Source: Chloroflexota bacterium
Lineage (GTDB): Bacteria > Chloroflexota > UBA11872 > VXOZ01
Direction: 5' to 3'
DNA length: 64,000 nt
Assembly (NCBI GenBank): GCA_964291655.2
Contig: OZ219802.1
Span: 1,984,001-2,048,000 of the forward strand
Shown: piece after piece, positions 32,965-42,688 of the stretch
Numbering within the stretch: the stretch's first letter is position 1
How the letters are laid out: each line of letters starts with the position of its first letter
Translations under genes and position numbers: made by a program
Notes under the pieces: generated by a model
Seen by the model: the letters and a program-made list of their open reading frames with translations, nothing else
Databases searched by the model: none
Told to the model about the DNA's origin: nothing

Positions 32965-33933
32965 TTAGGCGCACGCGGGGTGATCGGCGGACCAGCGGTT
33001 GAATTTCTGTTCAGCGGAAGCGGCCAGACGAACCCGCGCATCTGCCCAGAGCTGCTCCCACGCGGCGGCGGAACGGAGTTCCGTATCAGGGTTGGCGCGG
33101 CTGCGGGCCACAAAGTCAGGGAAGACCGGGCGGCCGCTGGGTTGTCCGCTCGGGTGGTAGCGCAGGTCGAAGCTCCAGCGCACCTCGTCCTCTGTCTTGT
33201 TATCGTACGAGCAGTGCATGGTCCGGCGGTGCATGAAGAGCACGCTGCCGGCCTGCATGGGCAGCGGCACGGCCTTCGCCACATCCATCTGCTCTTCCGG
33301 TATGCTCAGGCCGCCGGTGCCCGGGCAGTGCACGGCGAGGCCGTCCCGATACGAGTACGGCACGACGTTCAGGCAGCTATTCTCAATGGTGGCATCATTC
33401 AAGGGCAGCCACACCGTGAGCATTTCCGTTTCATCCGCCTCAGTTACCACCACGCCGTTATCCTGGTGCCAGGGAGTGGGGCCGGCGAGGCCGCTCGACC
33501 CCTCCGTATGCACGGCGTGGCGCGGTAACTTCATGCGCACGTGCTGTATCGGATTGTTGAGGATTTCCGGCCCCATGATGCTCTCGACGCAATCGAGCAG
33601 GCGGCGGTTGATAAGCAGGCTAAAGACGGCCGGGCCGGTGTGCATGGGCGCGTCGGCGCGCTCAGCGCTCTGCGGCAGGGAGATATCGAATGGCTGGGTG
33701 AAGAGCTGGCGGCTCTCGTCGCAGATGTGAATGAGCCGCTGATCGAACGGCAGGTCGGCATAGGTGGAGGAAATGACGCCCTCGGCGTGCAGGTCACGGG
33801 CGATGCCGTCCAGTACCTCGCCGTATTCCGCCATCACCGGCGCCAGGTCTTCCGCCGGATCGAGCACGTTTTCCGCGACCACGTACCCTTGTTCAGCAAA
33901 TTGATCGAGCTGTGCTTCGGTTAGACCGGCCAT
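32965..33933 (-). CDS. PhyH family dioxygenase, tandem paralog of 31550..32521
   Basis: Same motifs, collinear along full length; start trimmed to MAGLTEAQ. Confidence 0.93.
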   Translation of the reverse strand: MAGLTEAQLDQFAEQGYVVAENVLDPAEDLAPVMAEYGEVLDGIARDLHAEGVISSTYADLPFDQRLIHICDESRQLFTQPFDISLPQSAERADAPMHTGPAVFSLLINRRLLDCVESIMGPEILNNPIQHVRMKLPRHAVHTEGSSGLAGPTPWHQDNGVVVTEADETEMLTVWLPLNDATIENSCLNVVPYSYRDGLAVHCPGTGGLSIPEEQMDVAKAVPLPMQAGSVLFMHRRTMHCSYDNKTEDEVRWSFDLRYHPSGQPSGRPVFPDFVARSRANPDTELRSAAAWEQLWADARVRLAASAEQKFNRWSADHPACA

Positions 33934-34687
33934 GGTGTGCTGCTCCTGGACTTCCCGTGCAAGCCGCTTGCACGTGCGCTGGCGCCCGCTGCTACTTCCG
34001 GGGCTACTTACCCTCTTCTCCCAAGGTTGTACCAAAATAATGCATCCAAAGCAATCTTGGCAAGACTGCAAGGGAGTAGTGAGGAGCGGGGACTGAGCCC
34101 CAATGTTGTCGCATTAACTTTCTTGGCAAGGAAAATGGAGCTCTCATTACCTTACAATTCCGGTAGCGCAGGCCCTTCGACAGGCTCAGGACGGGCCCTT
34201 CGGCAGAGCCTGTGCTGATCCTGCCGAAGTGCTCAGGACAGGTTTGCAACCCCGTATCGAGTACGGGGCAGGCTCTGCGCCTTTTGTAGGGTCAAGCCCT
34301 CGCGCACCCGTTTCTATCAGTGGAAGTGTTAGAGCCACGCCTTGTGCTGCTGATGTGGTCGCAGTTTCGCGTGCTCTGGCGGGGGACAAGCCCCCGCGCT
34401 ACAATGAGCAGCCCTCTCCTTGTCGCTAGGGTGGCCAACGAACTGCCTTGGTAGCGCAGGTTTGTAACCTGCGTCCCCAGCCCGTCACTTCCGCGCAAAG
34501 CAGGAATCCAATTTCCCTTCTCACGCGGTGCGCGTTGCTATCGGTTGAGCGGGCCGGTGGCGTTGAGCTCGTAGCTAGACTTGGCAGCGTTCTGCGCAGA
34601 GCGCTGCCCTTTGCAACGAATCGTTCGCGCCCAAGTCGCGGAATGGCATTAGAATGAATTAAGGAAGAAAGAGAGGGGAGAAATCCT

Positions 34688-35131
34688 GTGCATGTAGCGG
34701 CACAAAACTACGCCTGCGCGCTCGGTCTTGCGTTGATGGTCTTGCTGCTCGCTGCGTGCGGCGGTGCTGGGGAATTTTCAGACGCTGACACAGCGCCGCA
34801 ACCTGCCCTGCGCGGCGGGGCCGATGCTCCTATAAATAGCAAAGAGGCTGCTCTCGCGGCAGTGCGCACGCATCTCTCTGAGATTATCTCCTGTCGGGAG
34901 GCGCATGGCCGCTTGGAGCAGGACTTCTCACAAGGCTTATTTGAGGCGCGACTCACCTCCGCCTACTCCCTGCGGACGCAGAGTCCGGTGTGGGAGGTAG
35001 CATTCGCAGGTGACCTCCACATCCCGTACGTGATCTGGTTTGTGGAGCAGAGCGACGGCACAGTGCTGGCGAGCATTAGCGCGGCGACGTACTACGAATC
35101 TCCGCTCCATCACATGTGCCGCCGCGACTAA
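34688..35131 (+). CDS. Hypothetical lipoprotein
   Basis: Signal peptide with lipobox LAAC; SD GAGGGGAG. Confidence 0.7.
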   Translation: MHVAAQNYACALGLALMVLLLAACGGAGEFSDADTAPQPALRGGADAPINSKEAALAAVRTHLSEIISCREAHGRLEQDFSQGLFEARLTSAYSLRTQSPVWEVAFAGDLHIPYVIWFVEQSDGTVLASISAATYYESPLHHMCRRD

Positions 35132-35183
35132 GCTGCAATTCAGCCCAAACTGAAATACACCCGCGGCAATGTGGGAGAAGAGG

Positions 35184-35909
35184 TTACTGCGCCGCGTGCC
35201 GCACGGTCGCCAGCGCTTCCGGTAGCGTGAACGCGCCGCGGTAGAGGGATACGCCGACGATTGCCCCTTCGACGCCGAGCGTCGTCAGCCGCGTGAGGTG
35301 GTCGAGACTGGCGACACCGCCGGAGGCGATTACCGGCACGCTGACGGCTTGAGCCAGCGCCCCTGTAGCCTCAAAATTCGGTTGGGAGAGCGTGCCGTCG
35401 CGTTCCACGTCGGTGTAGAGAAACCGGCTCACGCCGCTCGCCACCATCTGGTGCGCCAGATCGAACATGTCAACGCCGCTCTCATGCTGCCAGCCGTGGG
35501 TCATCACCTTGCCGTTGCGGGCATCTAACGCGACGACCACCCGGCCGGGATAGCGCGCGCACGCATCGGCGACCAACTCAGGCTGCTCCAACGCCACCGT
35601 GCCCAACACGACCCGCGCCACGCCTGCCGCGACTGCCTGCTCGATGGCGGCGAGGTCGCGCAGACCGCCGCCCATCTGCACGGGAATGGTCAGCGCCGCG
35701 GCAATCGCCGCCACAACCGGGTGGTTTCGGCTCTTGCCGCGCTCGGTGCCGTCCAGGTCCACCACGTGGAGCAACGCCGCGCCCTGTTCCTGCCAGCCGC
35801 GGGCGGTTTCCACCGGATCGTGGGAGAAGACGGTGCTCTGGTCAAAGTCACCTTTGAACAGGCGCACCACCGCGCCGTCTTTGATGTCTATCGCGGGAAT
35901 TACTTGCAT
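35184..35909 (-). CDS. hisA: ProFAR isomerase
   Basis: VIPAIDIKDG.VVRL..G, HVVDLDG, TDVERDGTL, IASGGV. Confidence 0.97.
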   Translation of the reverse strand: MQVIPAIDIKDGAVVRLFKGDFDQSTVFSHDPVETARGWQEQGAALLHVVDLDGTERGKSRNHPVVAAIAAALTIPVQMGGGLRDLAAIEQAVAAGVARVVLGTVALEQPELVADACARYPGRVVVALDARNGKVMTHGWQHESGVDMFDLAHQMVASGVSRFLYTDVERDGTLSQPNFEATGALAQAVSVPVIASGGVASLDHLTRLTTLGVEGAIVGVSLYRGAFTLPEALATVRHAAQ

Positions 35910-36022
35910 GGCGTACTGCGCACGTCCTTCGCGTCACCTCAACGGCGGCGCTCTACCGACAAGATCGCTGGGCATTCACTATCGTGTATGTACCGTATTT
36001 AGCCTACCAACATCCGAATCTT

Positions 36023-36305
36023 GTAACGCAGGGGGCTTGTCCCCCGCCACTTGGCGCACACCATTTGGGTCGCGCAAGTCTTTGGCAAATGCGTTCACCC
36101 AGACAAGCTGACTTCGCATTCCAGTGTCACCCGAACCCAATCCCGGCTCTCGTAGCGCGGGGGCTTGTCCCCCGCCACTTGGCGCACACCATTTGGGTCG
36201 CGCAAGGTCTTGGCGAATGTGTTCACCCAGACATGCTGACTGGGCATTCACCAGTGTCACCCGAACCCAATCCCGGCTCTCGTAATGCGGGGGCTTATCA
36301 TCCGC
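36023..36305. repeat. ~130-bp tandem repeat (2+ copies) each starting with GTAGCGCGGGGGCTTGTCCCCCGC
   Basis: Units at 36023, 36152, 36282. Confidence 0.88.
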
Positions 36306-36485
36306 CTCTTGGCGTCAAATTCAAGCGCCCCTTTGGAAGAAACATGCCTTGCGCTCGCGGCATTGGTTCATCTTGCGACCCTTCGGCAAAGCCTGTACTT
36401 AGCCTATCGCAGCGTTCTTGCCGCCGTTCGTGTTGCGTTCTTACCCCCGTTCGCGCTGAGCCTGTCGAAGCGCTGTTCCAGAGAT

Positions 36486-37115
36486 TCATGAAGTTTTCGC
36501 GCTGCGCGCCCCCATCGCCCACGCCACGAAATTCTCATAGAGCCGCAACCCCATGCCGGCGCTCTTCTCCGGGTGAAACTGGGTGGCAAAGACGTTTTCC
36601 TGCGCTATCACGCTGGGGAAGGCGACGCCATAGTCGGTGGCGCCGGCGGTCAGCGCGGCGTCCTCAGGGTCGGTGTAGTATGAGTGCACAAAGTAGAAAT
36701 ACGCTTCGTCCGGAATGCCGGCGAACATCGGGTGCTCCTGCGTCTGCCGCACCTGGTTCCAGCCCATGTGCGGCACGGTGAGCCCCTTGGGGAAGCGCCG
36801 CACGAGGCCGGGATAGAGATCGAGGCAGGGCGTGCCGCCGTCCTCTTCACTGGCCGTGAGCAAGACCTGCATCCCCATGCAAATGCCGAAATACGGCTTG
36901 CCGGACGCAATCGTCGCCTGCACCACCTCAATCATGCCGTGCCGCTCTAAGCCGCGAATCGTATCCCCCGCCGCGCCCACACCGGGCAAGATCACCGCCG
37001 CGGCGCGTTCCACTTCCGCCGGGTCCTGCGTCACCACAAAATCCGGCGTGTGCAACGCCACCGCCCGGCTGACGCTACGCAAATTCCCGGCGCCGTAGTC
37101 AATAATCGCAATCAT
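36486..37115 (-). CDS. hisH: Imidazole glycerol phosphate synthase glutaminase subunit
   Basis: IIDYGAGNLRSV, LPGVGA, GICMGMQ, PHMGWN, YFVHSY, QFHPEKS. Confidence 0.97.
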   Translation of the reverse strand: MIAIIDYGAGNLRSVSRAVALHTPDFVVTQDPAEVERAAAVILPGVGAAGDTIRGLERHGMIEVVQATIASGKPYFGICMGMQVLLTASEEDGGTPCLDLYPGLVRRFPKGLTVPHMGWNQVRQTQEHPMFAGIPDEAYFYFVHSYYTDPEDAALTAGATDYGVAFPSVIAQENVFATQFHPEKSAGMGLRLYENFVAWAMGARSAKTS

Positions 37116-37311
37116 GGCAGGGTAGTTTCTTTCATAAATGTACGGGTCACCTCTGTATGATATCGCCTCAGCAAGGTAGGCAACAATTTTACGCCGCGCT
37201 TTGTTCGGATTCAAACTACGCTTGCAACGTCCATGTGAGTCTGGTTTCGCGAAGGCCCTGCGCCACAACTGGTAAGAAATTCTCCTCCCAGCAATTGGCG
37301 TTCTTAGATTC

Positions 37312-38139
37312 CTACGGCCTACCGTTCCGCTTGCGGCGTGGGGTTGGGGGCACGGGGAAGGTCGTCGTTTGTGTAGGCAGGCGTTCGAGCAGGATCCAGC
37401 CGTGGCCGGCTTGTACGCGGGCACGTTCCCAACCGGCTTGGAGGGCGAGGCGGTGTGCCTCGGAAGCCGTGTACGACGCGCCAATGGACGCCGACGGCTC
37501 GCCGTTTTCGCAGAGCGCCAGCCCGTCTATGCCCACTTGGCTTGCTTTGAGCAGCGTCCACAGCCAGGGGTGAATGTCGCGGCGGGTGTCGGCCACGAGG
37601 ATCCGGCCCGATGGTTGCGCCACGCGCCGTAGCTCCGCGAGCGCGGCTACCGGGTCCTGCACGTGGTGCAGAGCCAGCGTGCTCACGACGAGATCGAACG
37701 TATCGTCCGCAAACGGCAGCACCTCGCCGCGCGCCTGCGCGAAATGCACGGCCTGTTCGTGATTGCCGGTCGCGGCATGGGCGGTTGCCGTTGTGAGCAT
37801 CGGCAGTGAGAGGTCGATGCCAGTCACGGTAGCCTGAGGCGCGCACTCTGCCAGTTCAAGGGGAAACCACCCCGGCCCGCACCCCACGTCCAGGATGCGC
37901 CACTGCGTGGACCCAGCGGTAGCGTAGCGCGCCAGGTAGCCGCGCACCACCCGCATGGGGAGCAGCGCCATGAAGCGGCTGTACCGCGCGACGAGTTCCG
38001 GCGGCTCGATGGCTTCCTTGTGGGAGGTGCGTTGCGTGGGCGGATCGCCCGCCCACTGCCGCAGCCGGCGTAGGAATAGGATGCAGATGCCGATAAGCGC
38101 TATGAGAATTGCCGAGCGTGCCGACTTCACAAGTCTCAC
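37312..38139 (-). CDS. Class I SAM-dependent methyltransferase with N-terminal membrane anchor
   Basis: ILDVGCGPG, GIDLS, LPFADDTFDLVVS..ALHH. Confidence 0.9.
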   Translation of the reverse strand: MRLVKSARSAILIALIGICILFLRRLRQWAGDPPTQRTSHKEAIEPPELVARYSRFMALLPMRVVRGYLARYATAGSTQWRILDVGCGPGWFPLELAECAPQATVTGIDLSLPMLTTATAHAATGNHEQAVHFAQARGEVLPFADDTFDLVVSTLALHHVQDPVAALAELRRVAQPSGRILVADTRRDIHPWLWTLLKASQVGIDGLALCENGEPSASIGASYTASEAHRLALQAGWERARVQAGHGWILLERLPTQTTTFPVPPTPRRKRNGRP

Positions 38140-38287
38140 CCCTCAGTCTGTGTCGATGAATTCAGTGTGGTCTATTTTGTGCTGCCACTTATTATTGCGC
38201 GTGTGGCTGGTCTATGGGAGCCGTGGCTGCCACCAAGCAATTCAAGCTCTGAGTCTTAAAGACCCCTCACCCTAACCCTCTCCCCCG

Positions 38288-39931
38288 GAGGGTGTCTCAA
38301 AAATAGATCTACTGGATATATACTGGTGTGAAGAGAAGCAAGGTGAGGTTGTGGGATAGTTTGTAGAGAGGTAGTGACGATGCCGTTGAGACCGTTTAGT
38401 CGTGAACAGGCCTGGCTGTTGCCGCCGACGCTGGACGAACTGATCCCGGACGACCATCCTGTCAGGTTTGCGGCAGCGTTCGTGGACAGCCTCGATGCTG
38501 CGGCCTGGGAGGCGATGGAGATTGACCTGCAAGGCGATCCGCGTGGCGCCGGGGCCTACCATCCGCGCGCGCTGCTGGGCGTATGGGTCTACGGCTTCAT
38601 GACCGGCGTGCGCTCGAGCCGCAAGCTGGAGGCAGCCTGCCGGGATCAGGTACCGTACCTGTGGCTGGTGGGGATGCAGCAGCCGGACCACAACACGCTG
38701 TGGCGCTTCTACAAGGCGCACCGCGACCGGATGCGGACGCTGCTCAAGCGCACGGTGCGCACGGCGGTGCGAGCCGGCCTGGTGGAGTTGGCAATCCAGG
38801 CGGTGGACGGCACCAGGATCGCGGCCAACGCCGGGACGCGGCATACCCACGACGCGCAGGGGCTGCAGCGGCTGTTGTCCCGCACCGAGCAAGCGATCGC
38901 GGACCTGGAGGCGCAGAACGCCACGGGGGGCGACGCGCCGCCAGCGACTTTGCCGCAGGAACTTGCCGATGCCCAGGCCCTGCGGCGGCGGGTGGACGAC
39001 GCGCTCGCCCGCGTCGCGGCTGAGGACGGGCCGCGCTACACGAACCTGACTGATGCGGACGCGGCCCTGCTCAAGACTGGCATGGGTGGCTTCATCACCG
39101 GCTACAACGCCCAGGCGCTGGTCTCCCCTCTTGCGTCCCCGGACGAGGGCGCAGGGGGGAGGTTGATCACAGCCGTGGACGTGAGCGCCAGTGCCGACGA
39201 CCATCCCCACCTGGCGCCGCTGATCGAGGCGGCGCAGGAGAACATCGACGCCGCGCGGGACGTGGTGACCGTTGCGGACGCCGGCTACCATTCGGGGGCC
39301 AACCTCGCCACGTGCCACGCCGGCGGCCACACGGTATTGATGCCCACGACCCACGAGCGCAGACGCCGCAACCCCTACCATAAAGACCACTTCACCTACC
39401 GTCCAGAGACCGACACCTACCTGTGTCCCCAGCAAAAGGTGCTCACCTACACGCACCGCTTGACCCACAGCAACGGCTACCGGGTCAAGCGGTACCAAGC
39501 CAACGGCCGGGACTGCAGAACCTGTCCGGCCTTCGGCGTCTGCACCTCCTCCCAGAGGGGCCGCTCCATAAAGATCAGCGCCTACGAGCCAATACTGCAA
39601 CGGCACAGGCAGTTGATGGCCACCGCGCCTGCCAAGCAGGTGTACCGCCGCCGGAGTACCATCGTCGAGCCGGTCTTTGGCCTGCTCAAGGAGTGGCACA
39701 GTGCCAGGCGCTTCCTGCTCAGAGGCCGCAGCCACGTGACGTCCGAATGGCACCTGCTGGCCACCGCGTTCAATCTCAAGAGCCTCCACGCCCTGTGGCG
39801 GTCTGGGTGTAGTCCAGCGTCGCCCCGGGGACGAGTCTCTCACTGGCACCGTCTTGTTCATACCACCCGCCATCTGTCTGTCCTTCTCACCCCATTCACC
39901 GTGCCCCGCACCAAAATATTGAGACAGCCTC
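38288..39931 (+). mobile_element. IS1182-family insertion sequence, copy 1 (1644 bp)
   Basis: TIR GAGGGTGTCTCAA / TTGAGACAGCCTC; TSD CCCG. Confidence 0.93.
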
Positions 39932-39966
39932 CCCGGGAGAGGGAACCGGTCAGTCTGTGTCGGTGA
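38374..39966 (+). CDS. IS1182-family DDE transposase
   Basis: LLPP.LDELIP.DHP, YHPR.LL, SSRKLE, PDHNTL.RF, VDGT.I.ANA, TD.DA, GYNAQ, ADAGY, RR.TIVEPVFG..K. Confidence 0.93.
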   Translation: MTMPLRPFSREQAWLLPPTLDELIPDDHPVRFAAAFVDSLDAAAWEAMEIDLQGDPRGAGAYHPRALLGVWVYGFMTGVRSSRKLEAACRDQVPYLWLVGMQQPDHNTLWRFYKAHRDRMRTLLKRTVRTAVRAGLVELAIQAVDGTRIAANAGTRHTHDAQGLQRLLSRTEQAIADLEAQNATGGDAPPATLPQELADAQALRRRVDDALARVAAEDGPRYTNLTDADAALLKTGMGGFITGYNAQALVSPLASPDEGAGGRLITAVDVSASADDHPHLAPLIEAAQENIDAARDVVTVADAGYHSGANLATCHAGGHTVLMPTTHERRRRNPYHKDHFTYRPETDTYLCPQQKVLTYTHRLTHSNGYRVKRYQANGRDCRTCPAFGVCTSSQRGRSIKISAYEPILQRHRQLMATAPAKQVYRRRSTIVEPVFGLLKEWHSARRFLLRGRSHVTSEWHLLATAFNLKSLHALWRSGCSPASPRGRVSHWHRLVHTTRHLSVLLTPFTVPRTKILRQPPREREPVSLCR

Positions 39967-40146
39967 ATTCAGTGTGGTTGCCTAACCATTGCCCCTACTT
40001 GTCGCGCCTGTGGCTGGTCTTCGAAAGCCGCAACCGCCTCTTGGCAGTGTACTCCCTTTCAAAAAGAATCCCCCTTACCCTAGCCCTCTCCCTCGGGAGA
40101 CCTTTGCGCAACTCCGGCCGGAGGCGCAAGAATTACCCCCTCTCCT

Positions 40147-41411
40147 TGTATAGACCGGGTACATGGGTTACACATGTTCGGGCACATAGGTTACACCTTA
40201 AGGCATGGAGATTCTTACAGATGGAGGAGCGCCATGCCTTGGAAGGAGAGTACGGTTGTGTCTGAACGCAAGGAGTTCATTGCACTGGCACTGATGGAAG
40301 GGGCCAACATCAGCGAGCTGTGTCGCCGTCTGGAGATCAGTCGCAAGACGGCGTACAAGACGCTGGAGCGGTATGCGAAAGCTGGCGAAGACGGTTTGCA
40401 CGACCGGTCGCGGCGGCCGCACACGTGTCCGCACCGCACGCGCCCGGCGCTGGAGGAGCGCATCATCGCCTTGCGCCTGGCGCATCCGAAGAAAGGCGCA
40501 CACGTGCTGCGCCGGATGCTGCAGGACCAGGGGGTCACCGACGTGCCGGCCAAGAGCACCATCAATGCCATTCTCAAACGCCATGGGCTCATCGATCCAG
40601 CCCAGAGCGCCAAGCACACGCCCCATGTGCGCTTCGAACGACCCCAGCCCAACGAGCTGTGGCAGATGGACTTCAAGGGACATTTCGTCATGCAGCAGAA
40701 CCGCTGTCATCCTCTCACCCTCCTAGACGATCACTCCCGCTTCAACCTCGGGTTACAGGCCTGTGCCAACGAGCGGGGAGAGACGGTCCAAGACCGCCTC
40801 ACCGCTGTCTTTCGCCGCTACGGCTTGCCCCAGGCCATGCTCATGGACAACGGCTCTCCCTGGGGTAACGACAGTGCCCAGCCCTTCACGCCCCTCACCG
40901 TCTGGCTCATGCAGCTGGGCATCAACGTCCTGCACAGCCGACCCTACCATCCCCAGACACTCGGCAAGCTGGAACGCTTCCACCGCTCCCTCAAGAGCGA
41001 ACTGCTGGCAGGGACCACCTTTACCGACCTGGACCATTGCCAGCGCGCCTTTGACACCTGGCGCCACTTCTACAACTTGGAACGCCCACACCATGCCCTC
41101 GATCTCGACACTCCCATTACCAGATACACGCCTAGTCCTCGCCCTTTCCCAGAGACCTTGCCTGCCCTCGCCTACGCTCCCGACGACCGCGTACGCAGCG
41201 TCGATGTCTCCGGCCGCATCTCCTTCCAAGGCAGACGGCTCCGTGTGGGCAGGGCCTTCACGCACAAGCAAGTCGCCCTGCGACCCACCCGAACGGACGG
41301 TGTCTGGGACGTGTACTTCTCGATCCAAAGAGTAAAAACCATAGACCTCAGAGCACAAAATGTGTAACCTATCTACCCGAACATCTGTTACCTATGTCCC
41401 CGGTCTGTACA
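40147..41411 (+). mobile_element. IS481-family insertion sequence
   Basis: TGT...ACA ends with ~50-bp imperfect TIR; TSD CTCCT. Confidence 0.93.
40234..41367 (+). CDS. IS481-family transposase
   Basis: MPWKE, ISRKT.YK, LWQMDFKG, DDHSR, DNGSPW, HPQTLGKLERFH; SD GGAGG. Confidence 0.95.
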   Translation: MPWKESTVVSERKEFIALALMEGANISELCRRLEISRKTAYKTLERYAKAGEDGLHDRSRRPHTCPHRTRPALEERIIALRLAHPKKGAHVLRRMLQDQGVTDVPAKSTINAILKRHGLIDPAQSAKHTPHVRFERPQPNELWQMDFKGHFVMQQNRCHPLTLLDDHSRFNLGLQACANERGETVQDRLTAVFRRYGLPQAMLMDNGSPWGNDSAQPFTPLTVWLMQLGINVLHSRPYHPQTLGKLERFHRSLKSELLAGTTFTDLDHCQRAFDTWRHFYNLERPHHALDLDTPITRYTPSPRPFPETLPALAYAPDDRVRSVDVSGRISFQGRRLRVGRAFTHKQVALRPTRTDGVWDVYFSIQRVKTIDLRAQNV

Positions 41412-41737
41412 CTCCTTGGGGAGAGGGTCGGGGTGAGGGGTCTTATCTGCTTTGCATATCGTAAAACATGTACAGTCAATCATATTAGAGCCAATCCGGT
41501 CAGGAAGTTGCTCGTGCTCAGAGCAGTTTCACCCTCACCCCCGTATCACGTACGGGGCAGGCTCTAGCCCTCTCCCGTCAAGGGAGAGGGGACAATCTCC
41601 CTTCCACATGGGTTTTGCAAAGGTCTCCTCAGGGAGAGGGAATCGGAGGAGAAACGTTCACTTACACCCTTGTCCTCTCTTCCTGGAGACTGAGACGAGG
41701 AACTGCAAATTCCGACCTGCACCGGCAGTCCATAGTG

Positions 41738-42688
41738 CTATGCTTCCACGTCCTGCACATCCAGTAGCCGCACGTGCGCTCGCGTTGCTGCCGCCTCGGC
41801 CGTGTTGGTGAGCGGCCCGTTCACCACCAGCACACCCACTTTGTATTTGTCCTCTTCCAAGGCCGCGACCAGCTCTTCAACCTCATCCGCGGACACCGGC
41901 GATTCCGGCACGACGCGCACGGCCAGGAAGCGCAAGCCTCTTTCCAGCGTCAGGGCAGCCGCTCCCTCAGCTTGCTCATCATCCAGGCGCACGGCATATC
42001 CCTGCCGGCGCAGGCCACGCACCGCAGATTCCAGCAGCGAGGCGCGCAGCGATGCCTGGGGAGTCTTGGCAACCGCTGTCAGCGCTTTCAGCAAGTCCTG
42101 GTGAATCCAGTGCTCTTGGGGCGTGGGGCCGATTTCTGCCGGCGGTTTTTCCAGGTACCGTTCCGCGCGAAAGTTCGCGCCGCAGTAGCACATGAGGGCG
42201 AACGCAAGCGGAATACCCACGATACTTCCCACCGACGTAAAGAAAGCCAGCCAAAGCCACAGACCCTTCACCCGCATGCCGTGGGCCACGTACCAGCCGC
42301 CGGTAAGCAAGAAGGCCCCCCACTGCCACCGGGCCGGCACCAGCGGTGCTTGCCCGTTCGCCTCGCACCAGTGGCGGTAGGCGTCGCCGCGAAACGACGC
42401 GGCGCAATAGGAGCCGACGAGCGACCAGAGCACCAGCGCCGCAACTGCCGCAGGCAGCGCTGCCGTCTCGAACGGCGACTGGCGGAAGATAAACACTGCG
42501 TTAATCAGCGCGAGCAATACCACCACGCTCTGTGGCACGAGCAGAACGCGCCCCTTGCCGGTGATGCCTTCCCGCAGGTACCAAAACGCGCCCAGCGCAA
42601 ATGCGGCCAAGCTCCAGCCGTTGGGCGGCAGAGGCGGCCAAGCTTGTGCGCTATCTGCGTTCGATTGTTCCATGGCAGCGATCTGCAT
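41738..42688 (-). CDS. Membrane protein with two W..AF....WY repeats (DUF2628-like) and C-terminal Mrr-like restriction endonuclease fold
   Basis: WSLAAFALGAFWYL and WQWGAFLLTGGWYV; C-terminal LRRQGYAV...VSADEVEEL...GVLVVNGPLTNTA...VRLLD. Confidence 0.7.
   Translation of the reverse strand: MQIAAMEQSNADSAQAWPPLPPNGWSLAAFALGAFWYLREGITGKGRVLLVPQSVVVLLALINAVFIFRQSPFETAALPAAVAALVLWSLVGSYCAASFRGDAYRHWCEANGQAPLVPARWQWGAFLLTGGWYVAHGMRVKGLWLWLAFFTSVGSIVGIPLAFALMCYCGANFRAERYLEKPPAEIGPTPQEHWIHQDLLKALTAVAKTPQASLRASLLESAVRGLRRQGYAVRLDDEQAEGAAALTLERGLRFLAVRVVPESPVSADEVEELVAALEEDKYKVGVLVVNGPLTNTAEAAATRAHVRLLDVQDVEA

Larger units (their letters stand above)
40097..41627. mobile_element. GAGACC-ended MITE interrupted by IS481
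   Basis: GAGACCTTTGCGCAAC / GTTTTGCAAAGGTCTC; flanks CTCGG / CTCAG. Confidence 0.75.

Noticed and set aside
38272-39873. 533-aa antisense ORF in IS1182 (and the 640-aa equivalent at 55850..57772)
   Set aside because: Antisense shadow of a GC-rich transposase gene; no recognisable motifs
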